A program made the position numbers and the translations under genes. This document shows, piece after piece, positions 55,585-64,000 of a stretch of 64,000 bases of DNA. Under the pieces are notes generated by a model. That model ran no database searches, was not told the DNA's origin, and saw nothing but the letters and a program-made list of their open reading frames with translations. Numbering within the stretch: the stretch's first letter is position 1; every line of letters starts with the position of its first letter. This DNA is from Candidatus Latescibacterota bacterium (GTDB lineage Bacteria > Latescibacterota > UBA2968 > GCA-2709665). The stretch lies in assembly GCA_965203805.1 (NCBI GenBank), contig OZ241917.1, positions 64,001 through 128,000 of the forward strand, written 5' to 3'.

Positions 55585-56955
55585 ATGATCGGTTTTTTCG
55601 GTACCCGCCTGGTCAGATACGGTACGAGTACCCTGGTTGCCGTCCTCGCCGTGCTTGCGATTCTGGTTGCGGTCAATTTCCTCGCCACGCGCTATCACCA
55701 CCGGATCGACGTTACGGAGGGCGGAATGCACAGCCTCTCCGACCAGACCGCCACATTGCTGGATTCCCTGTCGACGGATGTGCACGTGCTGGCGTTTTTT
55801 CACGAAACCGACCCCGAAGCGGCCGAATTCAATGAGAGGCTTGAAACCTATGCCTATCATTCAGAACGATTTACCTTTGCCATGGTCGATCCCGCGGTCC
55901 ATCCCGGCGAAGCACGGCGATACAGGGTGGTCAAGCCGCGAATTTCGGTGGTGACGTCGGAAGGGCGGGAAGAGCGGATTTCGGGAGCCGAGGAGAATCA
56001 CCTGACCAATGCGGTGGCCAAGGTCGTCCGGGAACGCGGGAAAACCGTCTATTTCTCGGCCGGACACGGAGAACGGACGCTGAAGGCCCCGGAAGGCGAT
56101 TTCATTCGCGTCGGGCAGTCATTGCGGGAGGCCGGGTACGGGGTTCGGGATACGCTGGTTCTGGATGCCGGCAAGGGCGTCCCGGCGGATTGCGATCTGT
56201 TGATCGTGGCCGGGCCGACGGCCGCATTTTCCAGTATCGAAACCGATTCTATTCGCAACTTTCTTGCCGGAGGGGGATCCGCGTTGTTTTTGCTCGACCC
56301 GGGCGGCGAGACAGGTCTGGAGTCGCTGCTGGCGGGATGGGGCATCCAGGTCAACAACGACTACGTCCTGGGTTGGGGCCCGGGCGATCCCTCCATGCCG
56401 GGATCGGTCTGGTACGCACGACATCCGGTATCGGAAAAACACCGCAACCGCAATTTGAGGACATTTTACAGGCTTGCGCGTTCCGTATCCAGCATCGAAA
56501 ACGCAACCGGAATGCAGGTCCACGAGCTGGTAACAACCCATCCGCGAGACAGCTGGCGGGAAGAGAAACTGCCCGATGTGTCGCCGGTCTTCGATCCGGG
56601 AGTGGACCTGCCGGGTCCGGCGACGGTTGCCGTCGCCGTGCTCGACAGGCCGAAGTACCGACGGCATGCGTCTTCCGACGTCGGGTTGCGCCACACCCGG
56701 ATCGTCGTTTTTGGGGACTCCGATTTCGCTGGCAACGAGTTCTTCGACACCGTGGGCAACGGCGACCTGTTCATGAATGCGGTGAGCTGGCTGATGGAGG
56801 AGGGGGACCTGATCTCGATCCGACCCAAAATGTGGGCATTCAGGGGCGTCGTGATGACGGCCGAAGACCTCATGTGGCTTTCATGGCTTTCCGTTGTGAT
56901 CCTACCGGCGATACCGGTCGTCGTCGGGATCGGCGTCTGGCGCAGGCGGCGTTGA
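55585..56955 (+). CDS. GldG-like ABC auxiliary component
   Basis: RIDVT..SLSDQT, VYFSAGHGE, LLIVAGP, VVFGDSDF, GNGDLFMNAVSWL, C-terminal TM. Confidence 0.88.
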   Translation: MIGFFGTRLVRYGTSTLVAVLAVLAILVAVNFLATRYHHRIDVTEGGMHSLSDQTATLLDSLSTDVHVLAFFHETDPEAAEFNERLETYAYHSERFTFAMVDPAVHPGEARRYRVVKPRISVVTSEGREERISGAEENHLTNAVAKVVRERGKTVYFSAGHGERTLKAPEGDFIRVGQSLREAGYGVRDTLVLDAGKGVPADCDLLIVAGPTAAFSSIETDSIRNFLAGGGSALFLLDPGGETGLESLLAGWGIQVNNDYVLGWGPGDPSMPGSVWYARHPVSEKHRNRNLRTFYRLARSVSSIENATGMQVHELVTTHPRDSWREEKLPDVSPVFDPGVDLPGPATVAVAVLDRPKYRRHASSDVGLRHTRIVVFGDSDFAGNEFFDTVGNGDLFMNAVSWLMEEGDLISIRPKMWAFRGVVMTAEDLMWLSWLSVVILPAIPVVVGIGVWRRRR

Positions 56956-57004
56956 CGGCCGGCGGCGACTCACCCGGAACGGAGAAGCCGGGCAGGCATT
57001 TTTC

Positions 57005-58435
57005 ATGAGTCTAAGGACAACAGGTGTTCTGGTGCTGCTTCTGGCTGCGCTCGTCGGTTTTGTCTATTTCTACGAAATCCGGGGCGCGGACGAACGTTAT
57101 ATGGCACGGACCATGGCAGGGCGTCTGCTGCGTCTGGAAGCAGACGCGGTCAACGGGCTGACGGTTCAACGGGGCGACACGACCATCGTCATTGAAAGAT
57201 CGGAAGACGGGTGGAGGATCCTGCGGCCGGTCGCCACCGGCGGCGACGACGGCGAGATCACGGGATTGATCCGTACGTTACAGACGATGGATCTTGAGCG
57301 CGTGGTCGCGGACAGCCTCCGAATCGCGCGAGGGCAAGCCCGTCTTTCGGATTTCGGCCTCGACAGGCCGAATCTGGTACTCGTTATAGAGCAGGTGGAC
57401 CGGGTAGATTCCCTCTTCTGGGGAGACCGGAGTCCGACCGGCCGTTATGGCTACGTCAGATGGTCGGTACATCCGGGCATTCTCGCGGTCGCCGCCCCGT
57501 TCCGGATGAGATTGGAGAAAGGGCTGTTGCGACTGCGTGACAGGCGCGTTGCGGATTTCGACCCGGAAACCGTGCGCAAAATCGAGATTGCCAGGGGGGA
57601 TGCCAGAGTCATCGTAGAGAAGCTTGCGGAAGCATGGCGCATGACGTATCCGGTAGACGACCGCACCGACAGCGACGAGGTCCAAAAGCTGATTCAACGG
57701 CTGTACACCGCCGAATTCACGCGTGTGATCGCTGAAGGGCCCGGGGAAGCCGGCGATTACGGCCTGGAAAATCCAACGCTGACGGTTGCGGTTTTCGATG
57801 GCCGCGACGAGCGGAAGAAGACCGTAAGGATCGGACGCCGAATGGACGCGAGCCGGTTTCCTCCGTTTTTCGCGGCTTTTTCCGCCCGCCCGATGGTATT
57901 TCTGGTCGATTCGACCCTGGTCGCCGATCTGAGTAAGACGGCTTCTGATCTGAGATTCAAGCGTATCTTTGCGTTCGACACCGCCGGAGTCGACCGGTTG
58001 AAGCTGGCGTATCGGGACCGGGCGGTGGAATGTGTCAGAGATCAACGCGGCGAAGGCTGGCAGGTGCTGCAGCCGAAGCTGCATATCGTCCTGGAACACC
58101 GCGTTCGACATCTCTTTCGCACCATCGAACTGCTCGAAGCCGAAGAATTCGTCGCGGAAGCGCTGACAACACCGGAGGCATTCGGTTTCGACCGCCCGGC
58201 ACTGGAGATCACCGCCTGGCGCGGTGACGCGGTGGCGCAGAAATTAAGTGTCGGCGAAAGGAATGGCAACGTTTACGCCCGGGGACATCAGCGTCCCCAG
58301 ATCGTCAGGATCGATCCCAAGACTCTGACGAGACTTAAGCTCGAACTCATCCCGGTGAAACCTGACGTGGTTCAACCCGATACCGTACGGCTGGGCGTAC
58401 GGAAGGCAATCAACGGAATATGGCCCGCGTCCTGA
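57005..58435 (+). CDS. DUF4340 domain protein (three repeats)
   Basis: N-terminal TM; repeated W..P and D[FY]GL..P motifs; follows the GldG-like gene. Confidence 0.8.
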   Translation: MSLRTTGVLVLLLAALVGFVYFYEIRGADERYMARTMAGRLLRLEADAVNGLTVQRGDTTIVIERSEDGWRILRPVATGGDDGEITGLIRTLQTMDLERVVADSLRIARGQARLSDFGLDRPNLVLVIEQVDRVDSLFWGDRSPTGRYGYVRWSVHPGILAVAAPFRMRLEKGLLRLRDRRVADFDPETVRKIEIARGDARVIVEKLAEAWRMTYPVDDRTDSDEVQKLIQRLYTAEFTRVIAEGPGEAGDYGLENPTLTVAVFDGRDERKKTVRIGRRMDASRFPPFFAAFSARPMVFLVDSTLVADLSKTASDLRFKRIFAFDTAGVDRLKLAYRDRAVECVRDQRGEGWQVLQPKLHIVLEHRVRHLFRTIELLEAEEFVAEALTTPEAFGFDRPALEITAWRGDAVAQKLSVGERNGNVYARGHQRPQIVRIDPKTLTRLKLELIPVKPDVVQPDTVRLGVRKAINGIWPAS

Positions 58436-59376
58436 TATCGGTGTGGATTGCTGCCTGCGGCCTCTCGATCTCATCTCCCGGCGCCCGCGCCGAAGTTCTG
58501 TTCGATGCGGCCGTCAACCGGGACACGCTTACGGTCGGCGATCCCGTACTTCTGAATGTGCGGATTCTTCGTGAATCGGGAGATGCCGTCGCATTGATGC
58601 AGAACGAGGGATTCCTCGCGCCGTTCGAGGTGCGCCGCCGGGTGCCGCCCGCGGTTCGGGAGATTCCCGACGGACGGGTGGAGGAGACACTCGCCTTCGA
58701 ACTTGCCGTGTATCGGCCGGGTGCGGTCGAAGTGCCCTCACTGGTGCTTCAGGTACGGACGGCCGAAGGCGACTCCGGCCTGATTACCACGGGGCCGATA
58801 CCGGTTGTGGTACGTAGCGTCAGACCGCTGGGAATGACGGATATCCGGGATGTGAAGCCTCCGGTCGACATCGATGCCAGCATACCGGCGTGGTTCTGGA
58901 TCGCCCTGGCCGTACTGATTGGCCTTGTGGCCGCTGTCCTGTGGTACTGGAATCGGCGTCGCCGGAAATCGGAGGTTGATCCGCCGCGGCCGCCGGTTGT
59001 CTGGCCCGATGAAATCGCAAAGATCCTTCGTATGCAACTCGTGGAAAACGGGTCGCTGAAGCGGTATTACAGTCTGCTTTCAGAGGTGATGCGCCGCTAC
59101 CTTGAGGATCGGGTCCGGGTGGATGCCATGGAGTGTACCACGCACGAACTTGTGCGGGACCTCAGACGTGTACGGGTCGGGGAAGCGGAGGTATCCGCGC
59201 TCGAGCGGCTGTTGTCGGAGGCGGACCTGGTCAAGTTTGCAAAGTTCAGGCCTCGCGATGACGTCGCGTTGAAGGCCGCCGATTCGGTGTTGGATCTGAT
59301 GCGGCGGATGGACGAGCAGGTCCAGGCGGTTGAAGACGATTCAGTGGTCGCGGCGCCCGCGGAAGCCACGGCATGA
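58420..59376 (+). CDS. BatD-like/DUF4381 membrane protein
   Basis: Signal peptide, TVGDPV, DIRDVKPP, TM, RRYLEDR..AMECTT.E, ADLVKFAK. Confidence 0.8.
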   Translation: MARVLISVWIAACGLSISSPGARAEVLFDAAVNRDTLTVGDPVLLNVRILRESGDAVALMQNEGFLAPFEVRRRVPPAVREIPDGRVEETLAFELAVYRPGAVEVPSLVLQVRTAEGDSGLITTGPIPVVVRSVRPLGMTDIRDVKPPVDIDASIPAWFWIALAVLIGLVAAVLWYWNRRRRKSEVDPPRPPVVWPDEIAKILRMQLVENGSLKRYYSLLSEVMRRYLEDRVRVDAMECTTHELVRDLRRVRVGEAEVSALERLLSEADLVKFAKFRPRDDVALKAADSVLDLMRRMDEQVQAVEDDSVVAAPAEATA

Positions 59377-60359
59377 TTGAATTCAAGAATCCGGAATGGC
59401 TGATCGCGCTTGTTTTCGTGCCGTTGCTGATCTACCGGTACGTACGCCGGCAGCGGCAGAAGCAGGGCAGCATCCGTTTTCCGGACCTGGGTGTCATCGG
59501 ACAGATTCCGCCTTCGGTCGTGCTGAAGTTTCGACACGGTCTCATTGCGCTTCGCTGTCTGGCGCTGATCCTGCTGATTGTGGCGCTGGCGCGTCCGCGT
59601 TCCGGGCGCGAGGGAAGAGAAATCCTGACCCGTGGGATCGATATCGTACTCGCCCTGGACGTGTCGGGCAGCATGGCGCACAAGGACCTGGACCAGCAGC
59701 GAAAGTCCCGGCTGCAGGTCAGCAAGGAAGTCGTGACCCAGTTCGTGCGGGGGCGGGTCAACGACCGGCTGGGACTCGTCGTCTTTGCGGGCGAGAGCTA
59801 CACGCAGTGTCCGCTCACCCTCGACTACGGCATATTCCTGAGTTTTCTGAATGAGGTGCGGCTCGCGGAAGATTCCTGGGACGGCACGGCAATCGGGACC
59901 GGCATCGTTACGGCGGTAAACCGTTTGCGCCGGTCGGAAGCGAAGAGCCGCGTCATTATCCTGTTGACGGATGGTGTGAACAACAAGGGGGAAGTGGACC
60001 CCGTTACGGCCGCCCGCGCCGCCAGGGCGGTAGGCATACGAATTTACACCATCGGAGCGGGAAGCGACGGGGTGATCGTGACGGGCCAGGGCCTGCTCCG
60101 GCAGCGGGTTCGGGTGGAGATCGACGAAGAGACCCTCCGGAAAGTCGCCGATATCACGGGCGGCCGGTACTTCCGGGCGACCAGCGAAGAGAAGCTTGAG
60201 GAGATCTATCGCGCCATCGGTGAGATGGAGAAAACGGAAATCAAGACACGCGACTACGTGGATTACTCCGAATTGTTCACGTATTTCCTCTGGCCGGGTC
60301 TGGTTCTGCTCGGCGTCGAACTGATGCTTGCCAACACGCGGTTTCGGAGGATACCCTGA
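59373..60359 (+). CDS. batA: BatA VWA-domain protein
   Basis: F.NPEWL, ALARP, LDVSGSM (MIDAS), PLTLD, GTAIG, LLTDG.NN, TGGRYFRA. Confidence 0.92.
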   Translation: MIEFKNPEWLIALVFVPLLIYRYVRRQRQKQGSIRFPDLGVIGQIPPSVVLKFRHGLIALRCLALILLIVALARPRSGREGREILTRGIDIVLALDVSGSMAHKDLDQQRKSRLQVSKEVVTQFVRGRVNDRLGLVVFAGESYTQCPLTLDYGIFLSFLNEVRLAEDSWDGTAIGTGIVTAVNRLRRSEAKSRVIILLTDGVNNKGEVDPVTAARAARAVGIRIYTIGAGSDGVIVTGQGLLRQRVRVEIDEETLRKVADITGGRYFRATSEEKLEEIYRAIGEMEKTEIKTRDYVDYSELFTYFLWPGLVLLGVELMLANTRFRRIP

Positions 60360-60360
60360 A

Positions 60361-61383
60361 ATGCGTTTTGGCGACGTTCAGGCGTTCTGGTTCCTGTTCT
60401 TCGTGCCGGCGGCCGTCCTGTTTTTCGTGATCGCCTACCGAGAGAAAAGGCGGGCCCTCGCGCGATTCGGGAGTCCGGAACTGATGCGCAAACTGACCGC
60501 TGCCACGAGCTGGAAGCGGCAGTGGTTGAAGGCGGCGTTGACGGTTGTCGGGCTCTTCTTTGTGGTCATTGCGCTGGCGCAGCCCAGGTACGGGATGCGG
60601 CTGGAACTCCTGCATCGCAAGGGCGTCGACGTCATGGTTGCCCTGGACACGTCGCTGAGCATGCTCGCGGAAGACATCCGGCCCAATCGGCTGACGCGCG
60701 CGCTGTTTGAGATCGAGTCCTTTATCGACCGGCTCGAAGGCGACAGGATCGGCCTGGTCGCGTTCGCGGGCCGCAGCTTTACCCTCTGCCCGCTCACCCT
60801 GGACTATGGCGCAGCGAAGCTGTTTCTGGATTCGATCGACACGGATATCATTCCGGTGAAGGGTACGGCCATTGCCGAGGCCGTTCGCGCAGCGACCCGG
60901 GCATTCGGAAGCGAAGAACGCAAGTACAAGGTCCTCGTGCTGATTACGGATGGAGAGGACCACGCCGAGGATCCGGTGGAGGCCGCTGAGGCCGCGGCGG
61001 AAGCCGGGGTGCGTATATTTGCGGTGGGCGTCGGGACGCCGGGCGGCGAGTTGATTCCGGTAAAGCGGAACGGACGGACCGAGTATCTGAAAGACGGCCG
61101 GGGCAACTACGTCAAGTCGCGCCTGGACGAGGCAAGCCTGCAACAGGTGGCGGGGGTGACGGACGGGGTTTACATACGGTCGCAGGCGGGAGGCGTCGGT
61201 ATGGACAGGGTAACCCACGAAATCTCGCAGATGGAGAAGAAGGAACTGGGTTCCCGGAAATTCACGCAATACAAACACCGGTACCAGTGGCCGCTGGCCG
61301 TCGCGGTCGTCTGCTTTGTCAGCGAAGCGTGGTTGTCGGATCGCAGACGGGTGCGAACACAGTGGCGCGGGCGGTTCCAGTAA
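60361..61383 (+). CDS. batB: BatB VWA-domain protein
   Basis: ALAQPRYG, LDTSLSMLAEDIRPNRL, DRIGLVAFAG, ITDGEDH, GVGTPGG. Confidence 0.92.
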   Translation: MRFGDVQAFWFLFFVPAAVLFFVIAYREKRRALARFGSPELMRKLTAATSWKRQWLKAALTVVGLFFVVIALAQPRYGMRLELLHRKGVDVMVALDTSLSMLAEDIRPNRLTRALFEIESFIDRLEGDRIGLVAFAGRSFTLCPLTLDYGAAKLFLDSIDTDIIPVKGTAIAEAVRAATRAFGSEERKYKVLVLITDGEDHAEDPVEAAEAAAEAGVRIFAVGVGTPGGELIPVKRNGRTEYLKDGRGNYVKSRLDEASLQQVAGVTDGVYIRSQAGGVGMDRVTHEISQMEKKELGSRKFTQYKHRYQWPLAVAVVCFVSEAWLSDRRRVRTQWRGRFQ

Positions 61384-61419
61384 ATGCCACGACACAGAAA
61401 ATCCCGGGGAGTCTGCGCC

Positions 61420-62229
61420 ATGCGCCGATATCTGGTCGGCCTCGCCGTCATACCGCTTCTGGGATTCACGTTTCTGGATCCTGCTGCGGACAGGAACCGG
61501 CAGGGCAACCGACTGTTTCACGAAGGCAAGTTCGACGAAGCGCTTGAGTACTACCGTAAGGCCCAGGTGGAAAAACCCGAAGCGCCCGAGCTCAGGTTCA
61601 ATGCCGGTGACGCCTATTTCAAGAAGAACGCCTTTCAGGATGCACTTCAGGAGTTCGGGCACGCGCTGAAGAGCCGCGACCCCTCCCTTCTCTCTCGCGC
61701 CTATTACAATCTGGGCAATGTCCATGTACGCCAGCAGAACCTGCAGCAGGCGGTCGAGGCCTACAAGCGCTCATTGTCGATAACGCCGGACGATCTGGAT
61801 GCGAAGGTGAATCTGGAATGGGTTCTGGAGAAAGTCAGGGAGCAGGAGAAGAATCAGAACCAGGAGCAACAGAAGAACCGGGAGGACGGTCAGGAGCAGA
61901 AAGAGGAGGAGAAGGAACAGAATAACGAGGACCCGAACGTCGAAGCGAACCGGGAACAGCCCCCGGAACGGCCGAACCCGGAACAGGATGGGAATCGCGA
62001 TCGGCAGGAGGGGGAAAGACAGAACGATCCGCAGGAGGACCTGGGCCCGCAGAACGACCCCTCAGGGGGGCAGACCGGGAATCGCCAGGAACGCCAGTCG
62101 GCGTCCGGGGAGCTTGGCCGGGAAGAGGCCGAACGCCTGCTGGATGCGATGAAAGACAGGGAGACGAAATCCCAGAAGTACCGCCGGCTGCGTGTATACG
62201 GAAAAAAATACAAGGGAAACGAGTGGTAG
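61420..62229 (+). CDS. batC: BatC TPR protein
   Basis: TPRs (GNRLF, YYNLGN, YKRSL), Q/E/N-rich linker, EAERLLDAM, terminal W. Confidence 0.88.
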   Translation: MRRYLVGLAVIPLLGFTFLDPAADRNRQGNRLFHEGKFDEALEYYRKAQVEKPEAPELRFNAGDAYFKKNAFQDALQEFGHALKSRDPSLLSRAYYNLGNVHVRQQNLQQAVEAYKRSLSITPDDLDAKVNLEWVLEKVREQEKNQNQEQQKNREDGQEQKEEEKEQNNEDPNVEANREQPPERPNPEQDGNRDRQEGERQNDPQEDLGPQNDPSGGQTGNRQERQSASGELGREEAERLLDAMKDRETKSQKYRRLRVYGKKYKGNEW

Positions 62230-62231
62230 GT

Positions 62232-64000
62232 ATGACACGAAAGCCCGTGTGTGTTGTTGTGTTCGCTCTTCTGGTCTCGTGGAGTGCGGCGCATGGCGAA
62301 ACGCCGCGTCTCGAAGTGTCGGTGGACCGGACACGCGTGGAAGTGGGGGATCAGGTCAGGCTTACGGTGACGTTGACGGCCAACGGCGACGTCCCCGCGC
62401 CGGAACTGCCGGTTCCTGACGGACTCGACGTGATCGGGCGTTCGTCGTATGCGACCCAGGAGCTCAATATTACGAACGGCCGCGTCGTAACGACGCGCAA
62501 CAACTCGTACGAATATTCCCTTCGGGCGACGCGCGACGGCAGCTTCCTGATCGGGCCGGCGTACGTGATGTACGAGGGCAGGCGACACGAGTCCTCAACG
62601 GTTCGGATAGACGTCGTGAAGCGCGGCAGCCGGCCGCGAACCCGTCCTGGGCCGGGACAGTCCCGCGGCGGTCCCGATGCGGGGGAATTATCGGAGGAGG
62701 ACCTGTTCGTTACCGCGGCGGTGGACAAGGAAAGGGTGTACGTGGGAGAGCAGGTAACCGTTACTTATATGCTTTATACACGCCGGACACTGCGGAATAT
62801 CGGCTACGGCCGCCTGCCTGCCTATACCGGCTTCTGGTCGGAGACCCTGTTCGACGCGCAGCGCGCCAGTTTTGACCGGGAGGTCTACAACGGCCGCGAG
62901 TACCACGTCATGCGGTTGAAGACGATGGCATTGTTTCCCACCGCGTCCGGAGAACCGGCCCTTGACGAACTTGAAGTCGTCTGCCAGGTACAGGACCGCA
63001 CGCGGCGCAGGAATCTGCTCGATATGGACGATTTCTTCGGTTTCGGCAACAGCCGTGAAGTTCGCGCACGAACCGCGCGGGTGAAGATTGACGTCTCCCC
63101 GCTGCCCGGTGGCGCTCCACCCGGGTTTCTCGGCGCGGTGGGCAGGTTCGACATGTCGATTGAGGCAAGTCCCTTGTCCGTGGAGGCCGGTGATCCCATC
63201 GCGGTGAAGGTGAACGTGCGCGGTACCGGTAATATGAACGGCGTGGGCGAGCCCGTTCGTCCGTCCGGAAACGCATTCAAGTTCTACGACCCGAAGGCAA
63301 CGATAAACGCGGGAAACACGAACGGTCGCATCGGGGGCGAAAAGACGTTCGAATACGTCGCGATTCCCGACCGCGCGGGCAACGCGAGAATCGGCCCGTT
63401 CGTATTGCCCTATTTCGACCCGGAGACAAATCGTTACCATACCGCACGAACACGGGAGGTTTCGGTAACCGTGAAGCCAGGCAGGCAGCAGGCCGCTCCG
63501 GGACCCGTGTTGAGCCGGAAAGAGATCGAGAGGATCGGACAGGATATCCGGCACCTGAAACCGGACCTGGAGTATCTGGAAGAACACGGCATGCAGCTGT
63601 ACAGGAATACCTGGTTCTGGGCGATTCAATCCGTGCCCGTTCTCGGTTTGCTCGGGATCGTCGCATTTAAACGCCAGCGGGACCGGCTCATGGGCGATGA
63701 AGCCTACGCCCGAAGGCGCCGCTCCGGTTCGGAGGCCAGGAGGCGCCTGATGCGGGCCCGGGCGCGGCTCGACGAAGAGGACGACGTGGCGTTTTTTGTT
63801 GAAATCGATCGGGCGCTGGCCCAATTCCTTGCGGATCGGCTGAATCTGCCGGTCGCGGGCATGACCCGCGAGTCCGCCGCGCAGGCGCTTCGCGAGAAGG
63901 AGGTGCCGGATTCCATTGTGTCCGAAGCGCGGGATGTCTTCCTGCGTTGCGACTACGCACGATTCGCCTCGGTCCGGATTCCCGAGCAGGAACGGAAGGA
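62232..64000 (+). CDS. batD: BatD family protein (3'-partial; absent from the ORF track)
   Basis: Hand translation MTRKPVCVVVFALLVSWSAAHGETPRLEVSVDRTRVEVGDQ..; later VYVGEQV, GAVGRF, RGTGN, PYFDP; open to the window end. Confidence 0.88.
   Translation, partial: MTRKPVCVVVFALLVSWSAAHGETPRLEVSVDRTRVEVGDQVRLTVTLTANGDVPAPELPVPDGLDVIGRSSYATQELNITNGRVVTTRNNSYEYSLRATRDGSFLIGPAYVMYEGRRHESSTVRIDVVKRGSRPRTRPGPGQSRGGPDAGELSEEDLFVTAAVDKERVYVGEQVTVTYMLYTRRTLRNIGYGRLPAYTGFWSETLFDAQRASFDREVYNGREYHVMRLKTMALFPTASGEPALDELEVVCQVQDRTRRRNLLDMDDFFGFGNSREVRARTARVKIDVSPLPGGAPPGFLGAVGRFDMSIEASPLSVEAGDPIAVKVNVRGTGNMNGVGEPVRPSGNAFKFYDPKATINAGNTNGRIGGEKTFEYVAIPDRAGNARIGPFVLPYFDPETNRYHTARTREVSVTVKPGRQQAAPGPVLSRKEIERIGQDIRHLKPDLEYLEEHGMQLYRNTWFWAIQSVPVLGLLGIVAFKRQRDRLMGDEAYARRRRSGSEARRRLMRARARLDEEDDVAFFVEIDRALAQFLADRLNLPVAGMTRESAAQALREKEVPDSIVSEARDVFLRCDYARFASVRIPEQERK

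Noticed and set aside
53870-56955. Gliding motility machinery
   Set aside because: GldAFG-like ABC modules are widespread in non-gliders, and no gldK-N or spr genes are present
61840-62110. Purine-rich low-complexity tract
   Set aside because: Ordinary Q/E/N-rich linker of BatC

Overview
GC-rich bacterial chromosomal window with no rRNA, tRNA, CRISPR array or intact transposase that I can see. Left to right: (1) 1-11.7 kb, a + strand methylated-amine catabolic cluster (3' end of mgsC/glxD, a 145-aa unknown, an acyl-CoA-dehydrogenase-fold protein lacking the catalytic Glu, TMAO demethylase Tdm, flavin reductase, Amt, Fhs, a small membrane protein, GmaS, an Nramp-like transporter). (2) 11.8-24.8 kb, a - strand catabolic run (DegT aminotransferase, very large heparinase II/III-like protein, hydantoinase/oxoprolinase B+A, membrane protein, PHP-type hydrolase) behind a strong promoter with a terminator-like leader. 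(3) Rhodanese-MauE, two FG-GAP/ASPIC-UnbV proteins, NhaC, K+ channel, TIM-barrel isomerase, RidA, RsbW and an enolase-family gene. (4) 37.8-40.9 kb, a string of mostly orphan antitoxins with toxin stubs, one intact HicAB, a MITE and a T-rich repeat mosaic. (5) Polyamine-type ABC transporter, RelE/HTH TA pair, AAA-PD-(D/E)XK protein, oxidoreductase, Ogl-like and VOC genes. (6) 51.3-64 kb, a MoxR-DUF58-Bat operon with a GldA/F/G-DUF4340 ABC module embedded in it. Three different MITE-like families occur, mostly at stop codons. The best candidate for an undescribed system is the putative two-component flavin monooxygenase (ACAD fold + flavin reductase + small protein) flanking tdm, which may supply a methylamine oxidation step usually done by Tmm or Dmm. 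All family calls come from motif recognition by eye, not from database searches.
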